Assembly: GCA_965649765.1 (NCBI GenBank)
Contig: OZ287754.1
Location: forward strand, 37,386,001-37,450,000
Origin: Bispira polyomma
Taxonomy: Eukaryota
DNA: 64,000 nt
Direction of reading: 5' to 3'
The position numbers were made by a program, and so were the translations under genes. Below the pieces are notes generated by a model, which saw only the letters and a program-made list of their open reading frames with translations, searched no databases and had not been told where the DNA came from. This document shows positions 50,639 to 64,000 of the stretch, in pieces. The first letter of the stretch is position 1. Every line of letters begins with the position of its first letter.

Positions 50639-52170
50639 GCTTGAATAATCCAAAAATGTTTGTTTTAACTATTTATATATTTGGACATGCTTATTTCTAA
50701 GCTTTCTGATAAAAGACACCCAAATCATTGGTTAACATTTGACATTAATTTCTTTCTAATTGCTATTGTGGTGCAGACATACTTGGAATGCAATGTAGTC
50801 CTCACAATGCAAATAGATAGTTTTTAAGTCGACTATTCCTTTATATTGGATTAACTATAGTGGAATAACACTAGTTCATTGTGTTCAAGTAACTGTAGCA
50901 GTTGGATCATTACTTGAACTTTTAAAGTTACTAATAGCCAGAAAAAACTTTGCGTGTGGACATTGAGCCATGTAGAAATGCAATGCACATCCTAAATCTT
51001 CATTCTTTGATTCAAATTTGTTCTGTTCTATATCTATTTTGGTGAGAAACACCACTCAGAAAGATCCACAAGTGGTGAAGTTTCTAAACTACAAAACTAG
51101 CTATTGCCACTCCTTCTTTAATTGCTGTAATTGTGACACATTCCAAGGTAGGCCAAGTCACCAAATTAAGCTCGACTTCTCCACTTAGCCCCATCACTGT
51201 TAAGTCACTTCTCCAGCAATCTAGAATGTAGTCATTAGCACAGTGAAACAAAATAGACCCCTAGGGTGGGTTTGCTGCTATGTGCACCTGTGAAAGATGT
51301 GCTTGTACTGTATGTATATTATATGGATAACTACATTTAATGACTGCTACCTTGTCGTCACGTGTCTCTCACAGCACTGAAGGTCTGATTGTAATAAAGT
51401 AGAGAACCCCTATTATCTGGACAACTTGGGGGAGCAAAAATATGTCTTGATAATAGAATTTAGAAGATGTAGTTTAGTATAAATATATAGAAAATATATA
51501 AACATCATTTGGTAGAATAAAAATGTGCTCATAAAATGGAATATTCGGATATTATTAGTATTTTTTATTTAAGAGAAAATATTGTTGATATGAGAATGAC
51601 AACTAATACACATGTTGTTCTAGGTTTAGGTAATAATTTAGATCAGGTTAAGTAACGTTAAATGAACATGTAGAGTATACCATGTAGAGTATACCATGTA
51701 GAGTACCACTGTTGTTAATATTGTTGTAATGTAAAGTTGTCATTTGTACAGGTGGCACTATAATAAAAATGAAATCTCTCTGCTTAATCTTACTTGTCTG
51801 TGTTGCTCAGTAAACTTCTTTTGGTGCATTTAAAATTGTTTTTAGTGTGTATTGGTATTGTATATTTATTTACATTTATATCTACTCAACAAAATCATGG
51901 TATAATTTGTCAGTAATTTTTTTATATTAGGTAACCACATATGTATTATTTTAGTTTTAGTTAAGCACTTCTTACATAGTGTTAATGTTACCTTAACATT
52001 TAACGTTACATTTAAAAGTTTTTAGTGATTTTATGTGCAAATTCACAGTTAAGGATATTGGAAATCAAGAAGTAAGCAGCAAACCAAAGTTTACAAACGT
52101 TAAAAAGAAGGAGAATGAGACTAAAACAGGTTTAGAAGCGAGGCTAACATATTTCTAAAAATTTGGCTAA

Positions 52171-52500
52171 AAGCCTGGTCACACCTACACGTGCTGGATC
52201 TACGTGTGTGCGACGTTTCGAATTGTTCTAAAACCTAGTACAAACGTGGTAGAAGGTAATGCAAAAGTGAAGATCCCTGGTGTGTTCGTTCCGTGACGTT
52301 GGTTAACAGATGATATCATTCCGTATATATGATATCATTGTTATTTTGTGGCCCCCGCTTTGTGTGTTTAAGTACCAACATTGTCACAAAACATCACAAA
52401 ACTGGAAATGACGTCACTTTGATACAAAACTACCACGTTTTCAGTGTATATTGCTTAAGAACGTTGGGGGACATTAACAGCTGTAAGTGTGACCAGGCCA
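52171..52500. mobile_element. Short member of the same Harbinger-type MITE family
   Basis: gcctggtcacac ... gtgtgaccaggc TIRs with TAA/TTA flanks; internal deletion relative to the 38037 copy. Confidence 0.8.
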
Positions 52501-53490
52501 TTACGAGGGTAATATATTATTAAAACATGGCCAATAAGTAGACATAATTAAAACGGCTATTAAAATGTATTAAATGCGTGTGCAAACGTGTACAGATGCG
52601 TACAGAACGTGTGCAAAATGGCCCATACATAAATTTTTGCTATGTTTCCCGATTTTCCAACGGTTTCTCACTTCGTTTTCTCCCGTTTACGAAAAAAAAT
52701 CTTTATGCGAACATACTCAGTGTGACCACGGCATTAAACTCTAATACCAAACAAAGAGATTTCTTAATAACTGCAAAAAACCCTAGACAACATGTTACCA
52801 TTTATTTTTAATAGAACTCTCATATATATATATATATATATATAAAAACGAATTTAATTGTTTGATTTTGTAACATCAAGAACATAACATATATGAGGAA
52901 CCCTATTGGAAGGACTGTAAAATTAAATGTAGAGTAGATATATCAATGTTCAAGTAAAGAAAGTAAACGTGAAAGTTATATGGCAGAATGTACAGCAGTT
53001 TAATTCTACAATATAAATGGTATAAAGTATTCTGAACATCACAGCGTCTTAAAACTATTTGTTTAATTGATCCACCTAGGATGCTGCGTGCTGTATCTTA
53101 GTATTGTTTAGTGTGTTTGTTTCCTTGTATAATTGTGAAATGTTTTTTGTTTGTGTATTTTATTTTTTGTCAAAACTTAATAAATAAAAAAATATGTCGA
53201 GAAAATTAGATTTCCTGTCAAATTTGTCATGTATTTCAAATACACAGTAAACCCGTATTTGCATGTAATTCAATCACCCCTTAAGGGAATTACGGTTCAG
53301 TGAATAATGGACTAGCCCAGTAATGAACTTTCCCCACTCGGCTCTCAGACAATCAGAGCACGGCAGCTAGTATATAAAATGCCGCACAGCGCTGAATTCT
53401 TCAGTTGCCACAAAGTTTTAGTCTTTTTTAGAAACTTCTAAGGTGTTATATGCTAAGAATTTTAACTGATAAACATACACCTATTGTCCA

Positions 53491-55030
53491 ATGGTTATTA
53501 AGCGGTATGCCAACCAGGTTTTTTTGCAAAAAATTGCACACTGTGAAAGATGTGCTACAGATCACAAGAGACTGATCAATTCACACTGTTTATGGAAATT
53601 AGCGGCTGGTCCTGTAGAGGATAGAGCAGAAGTGGGGCATCAGGAGCACACTTCAGGGTCTCACGAGACGTCAAAGTTTAACATCTGGTCTGGGCAACCA
53701 GACGTGATGTCTACAGTTCTCACCACGATGCAGGCAATAGGAGAAAAGTTGGTTGTCATGGAAGGAAAAATGACCGACCTCTCAGCGAGAGTTGACAAGC
53801 CAAGATATGGCTCTTACGAAAGGCAGCACACGGACTTGCGTAGCATGGATAAATCAAACTCTGATAGGAAACGTCAGAAAAACAAATCACATGCGACTGT
53901 GGGGGGAAGCCCCCATTACATAGATTCACATGGATATCCAGTGAAGAAACCAGACACTAAGATTACCCAAGTGTTAAAGGATACTGCTGTTATGCCGAAG
54001 GACTCGACTAAGACTAGGCAAATACATACGCCCAAGGCAAAGAAAAGACCAGAGGCAACATTGTTGAAACCGATTCCAGATGAGTTACATTGTCCTTGTG
54101 GACGAGATACCACTACAGTCGTTGGAGCCAATTTTTGACCCAGTGGATACTATTGACAAACTAATGCCGGATATAAACTTTAACTTCATATACACTGACC
54201 AGTAGGGTAGTCCGGTGAGTGTCCATTACACGATCCCCACAGCATCGGTGTCTGTACATACCTCAATAAAACATGAGCCAATAACTTGGCTTGGCTGTCC
54301 AGGCTAATCAGACAAGATTGGCCACATCCCAGGGAATCTCACAGCAGCCAGCCATGCCTGGACTGGGGAATACAGCCATGATGCAGAATCCATTGCAGCT
54401 GATGCAACCAGCAGTGATGGGGCAGCAGCCTTACCGACACCGGCTCAGCCTTTTCCTATGAGTACGACAATGGGGACAGGAGTGCAACAGCCACCTGTGT
54501 ACACAGCCAGTGAAACCATAGATCACTACACAATAACCCAGTCATCCAACAGCTAGTCAATGAGAGAATGGCAGCATTGGAGTCAAAGATCCGCATCGAG
54601 CTCCAAGCAGGTACCATAGAAGGAAGAGTGGCCGATACAAACACTACAGACACTTCCAGTTCAAACCCAGCTTTGAGATGGCCTAATAAAGCCACCTTGG
54701 TAGGGTCCAACCATAAAAGAATGACATTTGACAAATTAACGCTAGGGCAGTTTGTTATAGGCAGTTTAAAGAACGCTCTTGATACAACTGACCCAATCAT
54801 GATGAAAAACATGCTTGGTGAACTTATGTAAAAGGTTATTATAGGCAAAAAAGATTATTTGCAGATACTTCAATGATGGCTCGTGTATCCATACTCAGGA
54901 TCACTAAGACTCAATGGGTGTAACATATTTTAAACATGTCTGCTCCTACTGTGCTAAACATCTCAAGCGAGATAACACACAAGCTGAGTCAGCATGTAAC
55001 AACAAAAAACAAACCAAAGGGACGGAGTAG
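53491..55030 (+). pseudogene. Gag-like ORF of copy 4
   Basis: CERCATDHKRLINSHC knuckle; LRWPNKA, FDKLTLGQF; terminal Cys/His cluster; homologous to copy 2. Confidence 0.75.
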
Positions 55031-55479
55031 GAGTCAGTGGGCCGCTGTTTTACACACACGAAATCTGAGGCAGACAGTTTCGACTCTCGTTTCTAATACA
55101 AGTCACGGTGGTGGGTCTCAGTCACTCCATAGCAGCGATGAAATTTTTCATGGCAGTCAGCCATTGCACAGCGAGTGTTTGTCAGTTGCAGCAGACATTC
55201 GGCAGACTATTCTTAAGTTACATAGTAAAGGCTGACATTCCTTTGATTAAAAGTTCAGTTATAGACTCTAGCATAAGTAATGGCTCTGTGAGCAATAGTA
55301 TAAGGAACAGTAACATTGACATCATTAACACTGTAGTTAAGTGTTCAGTAGAGGACAAGTCCACCACTATATTTAAGTGTAAAAAAGAAAAAAAAAAAAC
55401 TTTTGACAGAAATTTTACATATCCTTCTGGTGTGACCACATACAAGATTACCATGATAAAACCCTTCTGGATTTAATAA

Positions 55480-56800
55480 CTTTTGTGTTCCCATATGGTC
55501 TCATAGAAGGTCAGAAAATAGCATTGGCAAAAGTTAAAAATCATTCTTCAGCAGAAGAATTTCGACAAACCATACAACATCACCTTGAAACAGAGATTGG
55601 GCATAAGGCTATGCTGGGTCCTTGTGATTCCTTGCCCCATCCATAATTTACCTGGTCACCACTGATGACTAGGCCCAAGGGATCTTGGATCTCTCATACG
55701 GGGAGCACTCCGTTAACAAAGCTACAATAAAAAACTCTTACTTGGGCGAGCCATATACACTCACTCTCCCAAGCTTAGACCTCCTCATACCTCATTTAAC
55801 TAGTTTGGGTAAGGACGCTCGCCTCTTAAAAGTTGACATCTCGCGAGCTTTCAGAAACGTGCATATTGACCCCACAGATGCAGTGCACTTAGGTATGTTG
55901 AAAAGACAAATTTTACATCGATCAAACTCTGGCCTTTGGTCTTGTTCAAGGAACAGCTATATTCCAGCGAATATCAGATTTTATTAGATTTCTTATGGGC
56001 AAAAAAGGGTTCACTATGTACAACTACATAGATGATATTTATGCGTGTATCCACAAAGATCAGGCACAGGAAGCTTTTGACACATTGGTACAGATAATTG
56101 AGAATCTTGGACTGCCTATGAATCCAAGTAAGCTAGAACCTTCTACAACATACTTGCCCATATTTGGTATATCTATTGATGTCAACCAAGCCACCTTTAG
56201 CAAAGGTAGTGACAAACTTGTACAAATTCTGGACACCTGCAACCAGAGTATCCTATTGGAGCTAGTAACAATCACACAACTCCAGTCATTGCTAGGAAAA
56301 CTCTTGTATGTGACAAGCTGTGTCCCGGGATCTCACATATTCCTGAATAGACTTCTCGCACTCCTTAGAGCACATAGCAAAGATAAAAGTTTTTGTCCTG
56401 ACCAGGGCTAATATTTGGACATAGCATGGTTTATATGCTTTATTAGGCATCCCTGGGTGGGAGCTGGGGAAATCACTTTTATGCCGTATCCATACTGCAA
56501 GATCTCGTAGACACTGAAGCCATAAGCCAATATGAACTGTATAACATTTGGGTTGCAGTAAGGCTATGGGGCGAAGCATGGGAGGATAGATCTGTGTGGA
56601 TTAGGTGTAAAAATGAAGTAGCGGTCCACGTAGTAAATTCTGGGGCCACTAAAGACAATTTTATGAGTATGTGTATCAGGAACATTTGGGCACAGGTTGC
56701 CTGATGTAATATTGAGTTAAAAATTGCAGGTAAATTAAATGTAGTAGCTGATGTGTTGTCGCGTTATGATGAGGTAAAACAAGATTTTGGTCATTGTGTG
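55480..56800 (+). pseudogene. RT and RNase H of copy 4
   Basis: DLSYGEHSVN, KVDISRAFRNV, NYIDDI, QLQSLLGKLLYV, ADVLSR; several frameshifts. Confidence 0.9.
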
Positions 56801-56848
56801 CGAAAATACATCTTAGCTGATATGTCGTCATTATATGTCAATTTGTAG

Positions 56849-57762
56849 ATACCCCAGTGGCGTTGTGGCCAATGTTGGGTACAGTCATGCCGAGAACAAC
56901 TTCGGCAGTATGACCATCCACTAGCAAGGCTTACCTTCAACAGTATAAAGTATATTTGGCATTTATGATTCCGAACAGTATTCAGGACATTGCTAGGGTT
57001 ACAGCAGCATTGTTGTTTTTGGATTTTTTTGGGGGTACTATAGTACAAAGTTTCATCTGAATGAAAGTGTGTGGGATCACCCTTTGATTAAAAAGCTTAC
57101 CAGATCAATTATAATCAATGGTCCTAGAGTCATTAGACCCAGGAGTTTGTTTTCACTTTTACCATTGAAAGCTATCTCATCTGCTTGCTCAGTTTTTGAG
57201 AGCACAGCAGGTTATAGGGCAATTCTCAGGATTTCCAATGTAGCACCAGTGGCACACAAAGCTTTTGACACAACCAGACATTTATGCAGAAGGGATGTCA
57301 CCTTAGCCCACCCAGGTATACACATTCGAATAAAGTGGGCGAAAAATTTGCAAAATTCAGACCATTCTCATGTGGTTATTTTGCCCAAAGTAAATAACCC
57401 ACTTATATGCAAAGTACACTCCATTCAAACATTACTTCACAACACATTTCTCCCACCTGGGAACCCTCTATTCATAGATTCCCAATTTCACATTGTGACT
57501 CACTCGATGGTACGGAAAAGATTGGCTTCCATTCTCCGAGTGTGTGACATCCCTGTAACAGGACATGGGTTCCATACCTTCAGGTGATCAGGAGCAACTT
57601 TGGCTTTTGATGCCAATGTACCACTTGATAATATTAAATTATATGGAGCATGGAAAAGCAACGCTGTCTGGACTTACATTAAACAAGACACAGGACATCA
57701 TGTACCATCCACCTTTCAAACTTTAGTTAACGCTACCTTCGAAAATATTGCTGTTTGGCTTT
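56849..57762 (+). pseudogene. Tyrosine recombinase of copy 4
   Basis: TPVALW...PSTSKAY; LRISNVAP, KWAKN, GHGFHTFR*SGAT, GAWKS, WTYI. Confidence 0.9.
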
Positions 57763-57983
57763 AGGGGAATCTGTCAAAAATCAATCTTACGTATTTTTAA
57801 CACATAGTAAACTAATAAAAATACTCTCCCAAGCTCTTGCATTTTTATCACGAGATTTCACGACTCTCCAATTCATGTTTCCCGAGATTTGACTGTGCAG
57901 GTAATTCAATCACCCATTAAGTGAATTACGGTTCAGTCAACAATGGACTAGCCCAGTAATGAACTTTCCCCACCTGGCTCTCA

Positions 57984-58015
57984 GCCAATCAGAGTACGTC
58001 AGCTAGTATATAAAG
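57984..58015 (+). promoter_or_regulatory. CCAAT box and TATA box within the A repeat (also about 53349-53378 and 27340-27370)
   Basis: gccaatcag ... tatataaa in similar spacing in the A repeats of both family-2 copies. Confidence 0.55.
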
Positions 58016-61000
58016 CACCGCACAGCACTGAATTCTTCAGTTGCCACAAAGTCGCAGTCTTTTAAATGAAATATTTAAGGTCCCAACCACCCTGGGATCC
58101 CGTTATATATTGTATTATGTTATTTTATGTACATGCCCCTGTATGAGACGAGGCATCTGTTACAAATCAAATGTATTTTTAACACGTAGTAAACTAATAA
58201 AAATAGTCTCCCAAGCTCTTGCATTTTTATCACAAGATTTCACGACTCTCCCCTTTATGTGTCCCGAGATTTGACTGCTAAGGTTATTGTAAGTTTAAGT
58301 CATTTGATAAATAAAGCCCCAGAAAGCCTGGAAAACGTCCTTTAAATTATATTACTTTAATATTTCTGTATAAAGCAATTTATACATTTTTGTAAGTGGA
58401 TTTCATGGAAGTGACACAATTTTAAGTATCGACCCAACAATATATACAATGTGGAAACAAACATAGGTTTCACTTTCGTTTTAGTCTGGTGTCCATAATT
58501 TAGCATCATCTCCATAGTACATTTTTGGCTTAGGTGTGACAAAAAATGTTTGTTTGTTTTTTTGTCACAAATTGTGTTTTTCATTAACAGCCTTACATAA
58601 CCGGCCCAGAAAGTGTTCTTTGTTCTTAGAACTAATATCTCAAACTGACAGGGTGATAATAGTAATCAGTGCCAATATCTAAAAATATTACAAGAGATAG
58701 AGCTTGTTATATAGCCCTACATCCAAATAAGAGCACAAGAAAACCAGCTAAAAAGAAGCAGTAGTTACTGACGTTAGAATTAAGCCTATGAGTCACGTAA
58801 TTGGCTATCTCTACGATTTGTAAATCACCAGGATCACAACAAGACTGCCATTTACATGTAACTCGGTACAGGAATGGGGCACAGGATCAAAAAACAATCC
58901 TATAACACTTTCAAGTATATCCAGGTAATTCTATCCTCACTGTTTGGCACTGTGGTACCTTGGCTGAGGTATACTCTGTTCAGTGCTTATTGTCCAATTT
59001 AAACTGCAAATACCTGTAAATGCCTAAAATAGTATCTATGCTTGTTTTCTATAGACTATATGGAAGTTAGACTGTTTTACTGGAGGAGAGAATATTTAAG
59101 GTCATAAAAGCTCTCGTTTGAACTCAGTTTTTAGTAGATCTCTGCTCAAATCTTCAAATAGCCCTTAAAGATATAAAACCAAGACAAAAAGGTCATCATT
59201 GGAGCTAATTTGCCATCTTTCACTGCTTTTTTGCTCTAGTTTTTCTGTTTCATTTTTTTTTGCATCTTCTGCTTTTGGTATTTGGTACAGGAATAAAATG
59301 CGTTCATAGCAAGTTAAGATCTACCTTTAAAATCATTCTTACACAGTTAAACATTCCAACATTCCTTTAATTGATTTAGGCGTTCTGGCGCCTCTTTGGC
59401 TTCTAATTCAAATATAAAACTTTAACACATCTAATAGAGACTTAAGATTTATAAATTAACATCACAAACTGCATCTGACTTTTCACCTTTCAAGGTCATA
59501 CTCACCTTCACATTAGTTCACAGGTTAAACTTAGCTATTTGACCTTGACCTCAAAACTCATTGACCATAATTGGCTGTATTACATTTGCGTGTATTTACA
59601 TTCACCGACTGGAAAAATAGTTCAGTGTATTAACTTGTTAAATACAACAAACAGAACTGAAGGAAAATTGCATTACATCACTTAGATGTTACAATGTAAC
59701 CCAGATATAGGTGTGGCTTCATTCATTATATTTTTCCATTTTCCGATGTTCAACAACAATATTAATTAATAGTCCCTTGACACATAATGTAGTCATTTTG
59801 TGTTTCTGAATTCTCCCTTTCTTAAAAAACAAAGTTTTTAATATGTAATAATGACATACTGTGGAATGTGACATTTTCACATGATGAATGACAACATTTC
59901 TAGCCACGTATTTATAATAATCATGTAAATAACAGGTTGAGTAACATTTAACAGTATTAGTGCATGGTCCAAGTGGCAGGCTAATTTGTTGACTAACATT
60001 TTGTTGTAGCAGCTGCAGTCAGTTTTTAACACAAAATTTTCCCCGATTCCTGGTCACCATATCCTCTAAAATCTCAAGTTCAACTCCAATACAAACAGTT
60101 ATCTTTGGCCAGAATGTATAGAAATGTGCAATCTATTGGAATTGAACCATGAAAGCTCTTCTGAAATGAATTGTTAGATTATGTCGGTAGATGCATTTTA
60201 GCATAATCTTCACTTGAGTTTAGACTGAGTTTGAGCACCCGTAAACTAAGCTGTTGCTGCGATTACAGAGCAGAATTACTTATGTTAACATGTCAACAGG
60301 TTTGCCTCTTGCAGAACTTTGTTCAGCATATGAGAATATGTCTTATATGAAAATGAGTTGAAATGTTATCCACTGCTGTGGTCGGTTGTTTTAAACTGTT
60401 ATGCATGTATGTACACATTTAAGTGGTTGATTTTAGTTGAAAAATGCAATTCAGGACCTTTGGTGAAGGGTGGGGGATAAGATCCATGCAAAGGGGGGGT
60501 TTTGAGAATTGTTTTTCCAGTGGTGCCTTCGCGGATGTATAGACTCTGCTGAGTGTCCTTTTAATCCTTTCTGGGTTGGCTTGCAACATGACTTCCACTT
60601 TTAACACAAAAACAACTACTTGGTGCTTGTGGTATTACACCGTTTGTTTTAATGTTTTTGTGAAACATTTCGTGCCAAGCAATAATCGTGTATCAAGTCT
60701 CTTCATTTTATTCCCTATTAACTAAGCAAACACGGGCTGGTTAAGGTAGCGGGGCAAAAACTTGTTAGGAGGGTTAATAAAGCATGTAAGCCCTTGTCTG
60801 TCTCTTGATATGTACATAAACAGTTGGTGTGTAGCTTTTGGGGAGAGTGTATCAGTCATGTTGAAGAGTACTTGGCTTTAGATATAGATCAGCGGCTCCT
60901 GCAGGGATTATGGAAAGTGTAGATATCTGAACACACAAATGGAATGTCAAAGGGGTTGGCAAATGGCGGTTGGAAACCTGCCTTCCTTAGCTTTATGGAA

Positions 61001-61017
61001 TACTCCTTATTAAGTTA

Positions 61018-61388
61018 TGGCTCGGTCACACTGGACTTACTTTTCGATGACGCACCCAAAAAAAGCACGCATGAATAGAAATGTAGGAGAATGTAAATAT
61101 TTTTGTAATGAATGTATTATACGTATAGAAGGATATGCTTGCGTAATCAAAAATGGAAAAAAAATCTTCATTTCGAGCAGCATAAAAATATGCTATGTTT
61201 AAACCTTTTTTTTTTGCATACTCCAATAAAACATTTCTTCTGTTAAGGGCAAACGTATGATACATCATCACTGAATATATGAACGTAAAACATGGATGGA
61301 ATGTATAAAAAAAGCATGTGAAACATCACAAACGTAGTTCAAATGGCTACCAAAATGTGAACCCAAATGTACTAGTGTGACCGAGCCA
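61018..61388. mobile_element. Harbinger-type MITE (distinct internal sequence)
   Basis: Perfect 15-bp TIR TGGCTCGGTCACACT/AGTGTGACCGAGCCA; TTA TSD on both sides. Confidence 0.92.
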
Positions 61389-64000
61389 TTAGGTGTACCT
61401 TTTTTAAAAATACACATATTATGTTTTCTCAGACTGAGTAGGCTCATGCAAAAGATTATTTGAGACGAAATAGATTTATGAAACCAGGCTTTTTTTTATT
61501 CTATTTGTACATTTTTTCAACACCTTACTCTTTCCTGAAAGAACACTTTTTCCATTGCACACCTGTATGTGGACATAATCTAGTGGCATTATAGGTAATG
61601 GCTAGGTGGTGCTATATATATCATGACAGAATTTGATGGCCATACAAATGAATGCTATATAATTTTCATAACTGGGTAATTGTGACCAGGATATAAATAA
61701 ATAGCATTATTAGTGTCCGTCCACAGGGCCGAACTCAGAACAAGGTAAGATGAGTGAAGGCAATTAAAGACAGGTAAAACACCAGCATATAGCACTTTTG
61801 GGCATTTATTATAACACCTATAGTTGTTAATATATTAGTACAATCTGAAAACATTAATCTGCTATTTATCTACAAGAAAGAAAAAGAAGACAAAATATCA
61901 AAGTTACAGTCAATTTAAATTCATGTTAGTTTACCTTAAAATCTAAACACTAAGGGTGACTTAATTGAGTAAGGTCACCTTAAATTACACATTACACTTA
62001 ATCTTGAAATTTAATATAGGTTATCTTAAAGTGGGACCCAATTTAAGGTAAATTTAAACATCTACATTTTAATAGGAGTACCTTTTTGGAACTTACTGAC
62101 ATACTTAAATGGCTGTTGGGTACAAGGGCTAGGGGAATCCTTATCAATATTATAGGTACTCACTCTTCTGTGAGCTAGTCCTAGACATATTTGATGTGAA
62201 ATAAGTATTGCCAGTAACAATCCTCATGCTTAAGCAACTGTCTGCATGTTACTGAACATGTATCTGTAGGTCTAGGTCAATACAATTTTCTTGGAGATTT
62301 TTTTTGGCAGGAATTGCTAACTCCAAAACAATATGTAATCACCTGCAAACCCTGCTGTATAGAAATAGATCAACATATGATCGGTAAAAAGTAGTCATCT
62401 GGAAAGTTCACAAATAAATTTTATAACACTTATATACATATCTCCTATTGTCTCTCCCAGTCAAAGTGTGTTTGTGTAGAGAAGCTACTTGTCCACTTTG
62501 CCTTTACCCAGGTAAGCAGTCTTATCAAGTGGGCTCATTTCCTGCCTCAATGTCGTCTCCTGTTGGATTTCTACGCCATTATGTAGTTACATGACCAAAG
62601 TGGTGCAAAATCCACATAGAAACAGTGACGTAATTGGCAAGTAGTATTCCCCTTCATATAATTCTGCTTTAGAGGATGTTAATCTCTCACTCATTTTCGG
62701 CAGTTTAAATGTACATTTTTCCACTCTTCGTGAAATTTGGTGCACTGAATCGAATTTAAAGGTTTTACATCGCATTATGAAAGTGCATCACCTACTGCGA
62801 TCTAAAAACGCTCAATTAGGTTAAAATCAGGTGAAAATTAGGTAAATCCAATTTTCCTCAATTTCAGGGGGCTGTATCTCCCATTTTTAGCAACCTAGTT
62901 AATGTCTATATTAGGTGATCAATTATAGTCTATATTAAATGTATATATATTTTATAGTGCAGTGTTTTCTATTTTTTTATGTAGTCATCTTACAGGATGG
63001 TTTTCATCATGGCATATTAAAATGTCTAATTTTCAAGCAAAAAAAAAATAATTCCAGGCCAAATCATAATCTGTCAACAACATCAATGACGCCCAAAACT
63101 AAAGGTAGATTGATAAGAGACTATTTGTACAAAGTAAAACTTTATTACCAAGAGAAAAATAACAGTTTAATTAGAACATAAGTTAAAATTTGCAATTGAA
63201 CATGTCAGATCCTAATTCAAATATTTCTTTATACAATGTTTATGTAAACTGTATCTAAATTAAAGGCAAATACTTTATATTTTTTGGCCTTTGGAAATTT
63301 GGAAATAATGTATAAGCAGTAAAAGCATTAAAAGGAGGATTAAAGCAGAATAAGACCACATATAAACTTGGACTCATGCAGAAAAACAGTTAAGAGCCTT
63401 AGTAATCTTACAATATATCAACACTCTTTTTGCATCAGAAAAATGATCGTTAATGTTATTGACAATAATATCAATTTATTATTACACATCAATTTAACAC
63501 GAGAAAAGAAATAATATGAAAAAGAGAGCTATACAAAGCAACATCAAAGTCTACATTGTAAGGTAAGCATATGACAGTCTTATCAATGACCAGTAATGAT
63601 GTGGACAGGGTTTTCTGTCCTTGACAATGCTTTGATTTTTACTAATGTTACGCACAGCGAGGGACAGAGCTGTTACCATTAGCCAAATCATTAAAAAAAC
63701 AGACATGTCAGTTTACATTACAACAGGAAATATCGGAAATATTTTTAAAATAATGATATTTATAAAAATAAGTTTGTATAGGTTGGCCATAAGTTAAAAT
63801 ATTGTGTATGGCTATTGTATTAACCAATTATATAACCACAGACTAACTGAAAAGATGGTACTTTTATTTTGTAGGTGCCATGTCAGATTTGGAAACTTTT
63901 GCACATGGTCTAGTGTAGACTGAGTTCTTTACAGAGTTGTTTACTATACCAAATCGTTGTAAACGTGAAAAGGACATCCGTTGTGATATTTCCTTTATTT

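Larger units (their letters stand above)
53260..58277 (+). mobile_element. YR retrotransposon copy 4 (Ngaro-type, family 2), full length, decayed
   Basis: A1 53260-53428; gag, RT, RH, YR; B1 57792-57895, A2 57896-58062, about 110-bp spacer, B2 58173-58277. Confidence 0.92.

Noticed and set aside
60000-61010. Possible relic transposon ORF on the minus strand (Cys-containing fragments)
   Set aside because: Too many stops; no diagnostic motif identifiable by eye.
58300-64000. Short ORFs of 60-80 aa here and across other AT-rich intergenic regions
   Set aside because: Low-complexity, no motifs, often antisense to TEs; expected by chance.

Overview
AT-rich animal (invertebrate-like) nuclear DNA, not prokaryotic: it has spliceosomal introns, LINEs, a SINE and a class A GPCR. 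Host genes are the 3' half of a disrupted carboxylesterase/cholinesterase-fold gene (+, 5 exons, 1-13716) and an intact 3-exon rhodopsin-like GPCR (-, 50638-48487). The window is dominated by four decayed tyrosine-recombinase (YR) retrotransposons of Ngaro-type architecture (gag-RT-RNaseH-YR, no methyltransferase, split direct repeats A1..B1-A2-B2) from two families, plus a fragment. It also holds nested LINEs, a SINE, a decayed PIF/Harbinger element, Harbinger-type MITEs, tandem repeats and an old local segmental duplication. Comparing the YR copies shows shared signals. All four have a phase-1 splice donor at the same gag position and a splice acceptor before the YR ORF (predicted Gag-YR fusion mRNA). 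Two have a slippery-site/hairpin -1 frameshift signal at the gag/pol boundary. The family-1 B repeats are highly foldable, and an in-window copy of an empty target site fixes the termini at a 2-nt AC crossover. All calls were made by eye; no searches were run.
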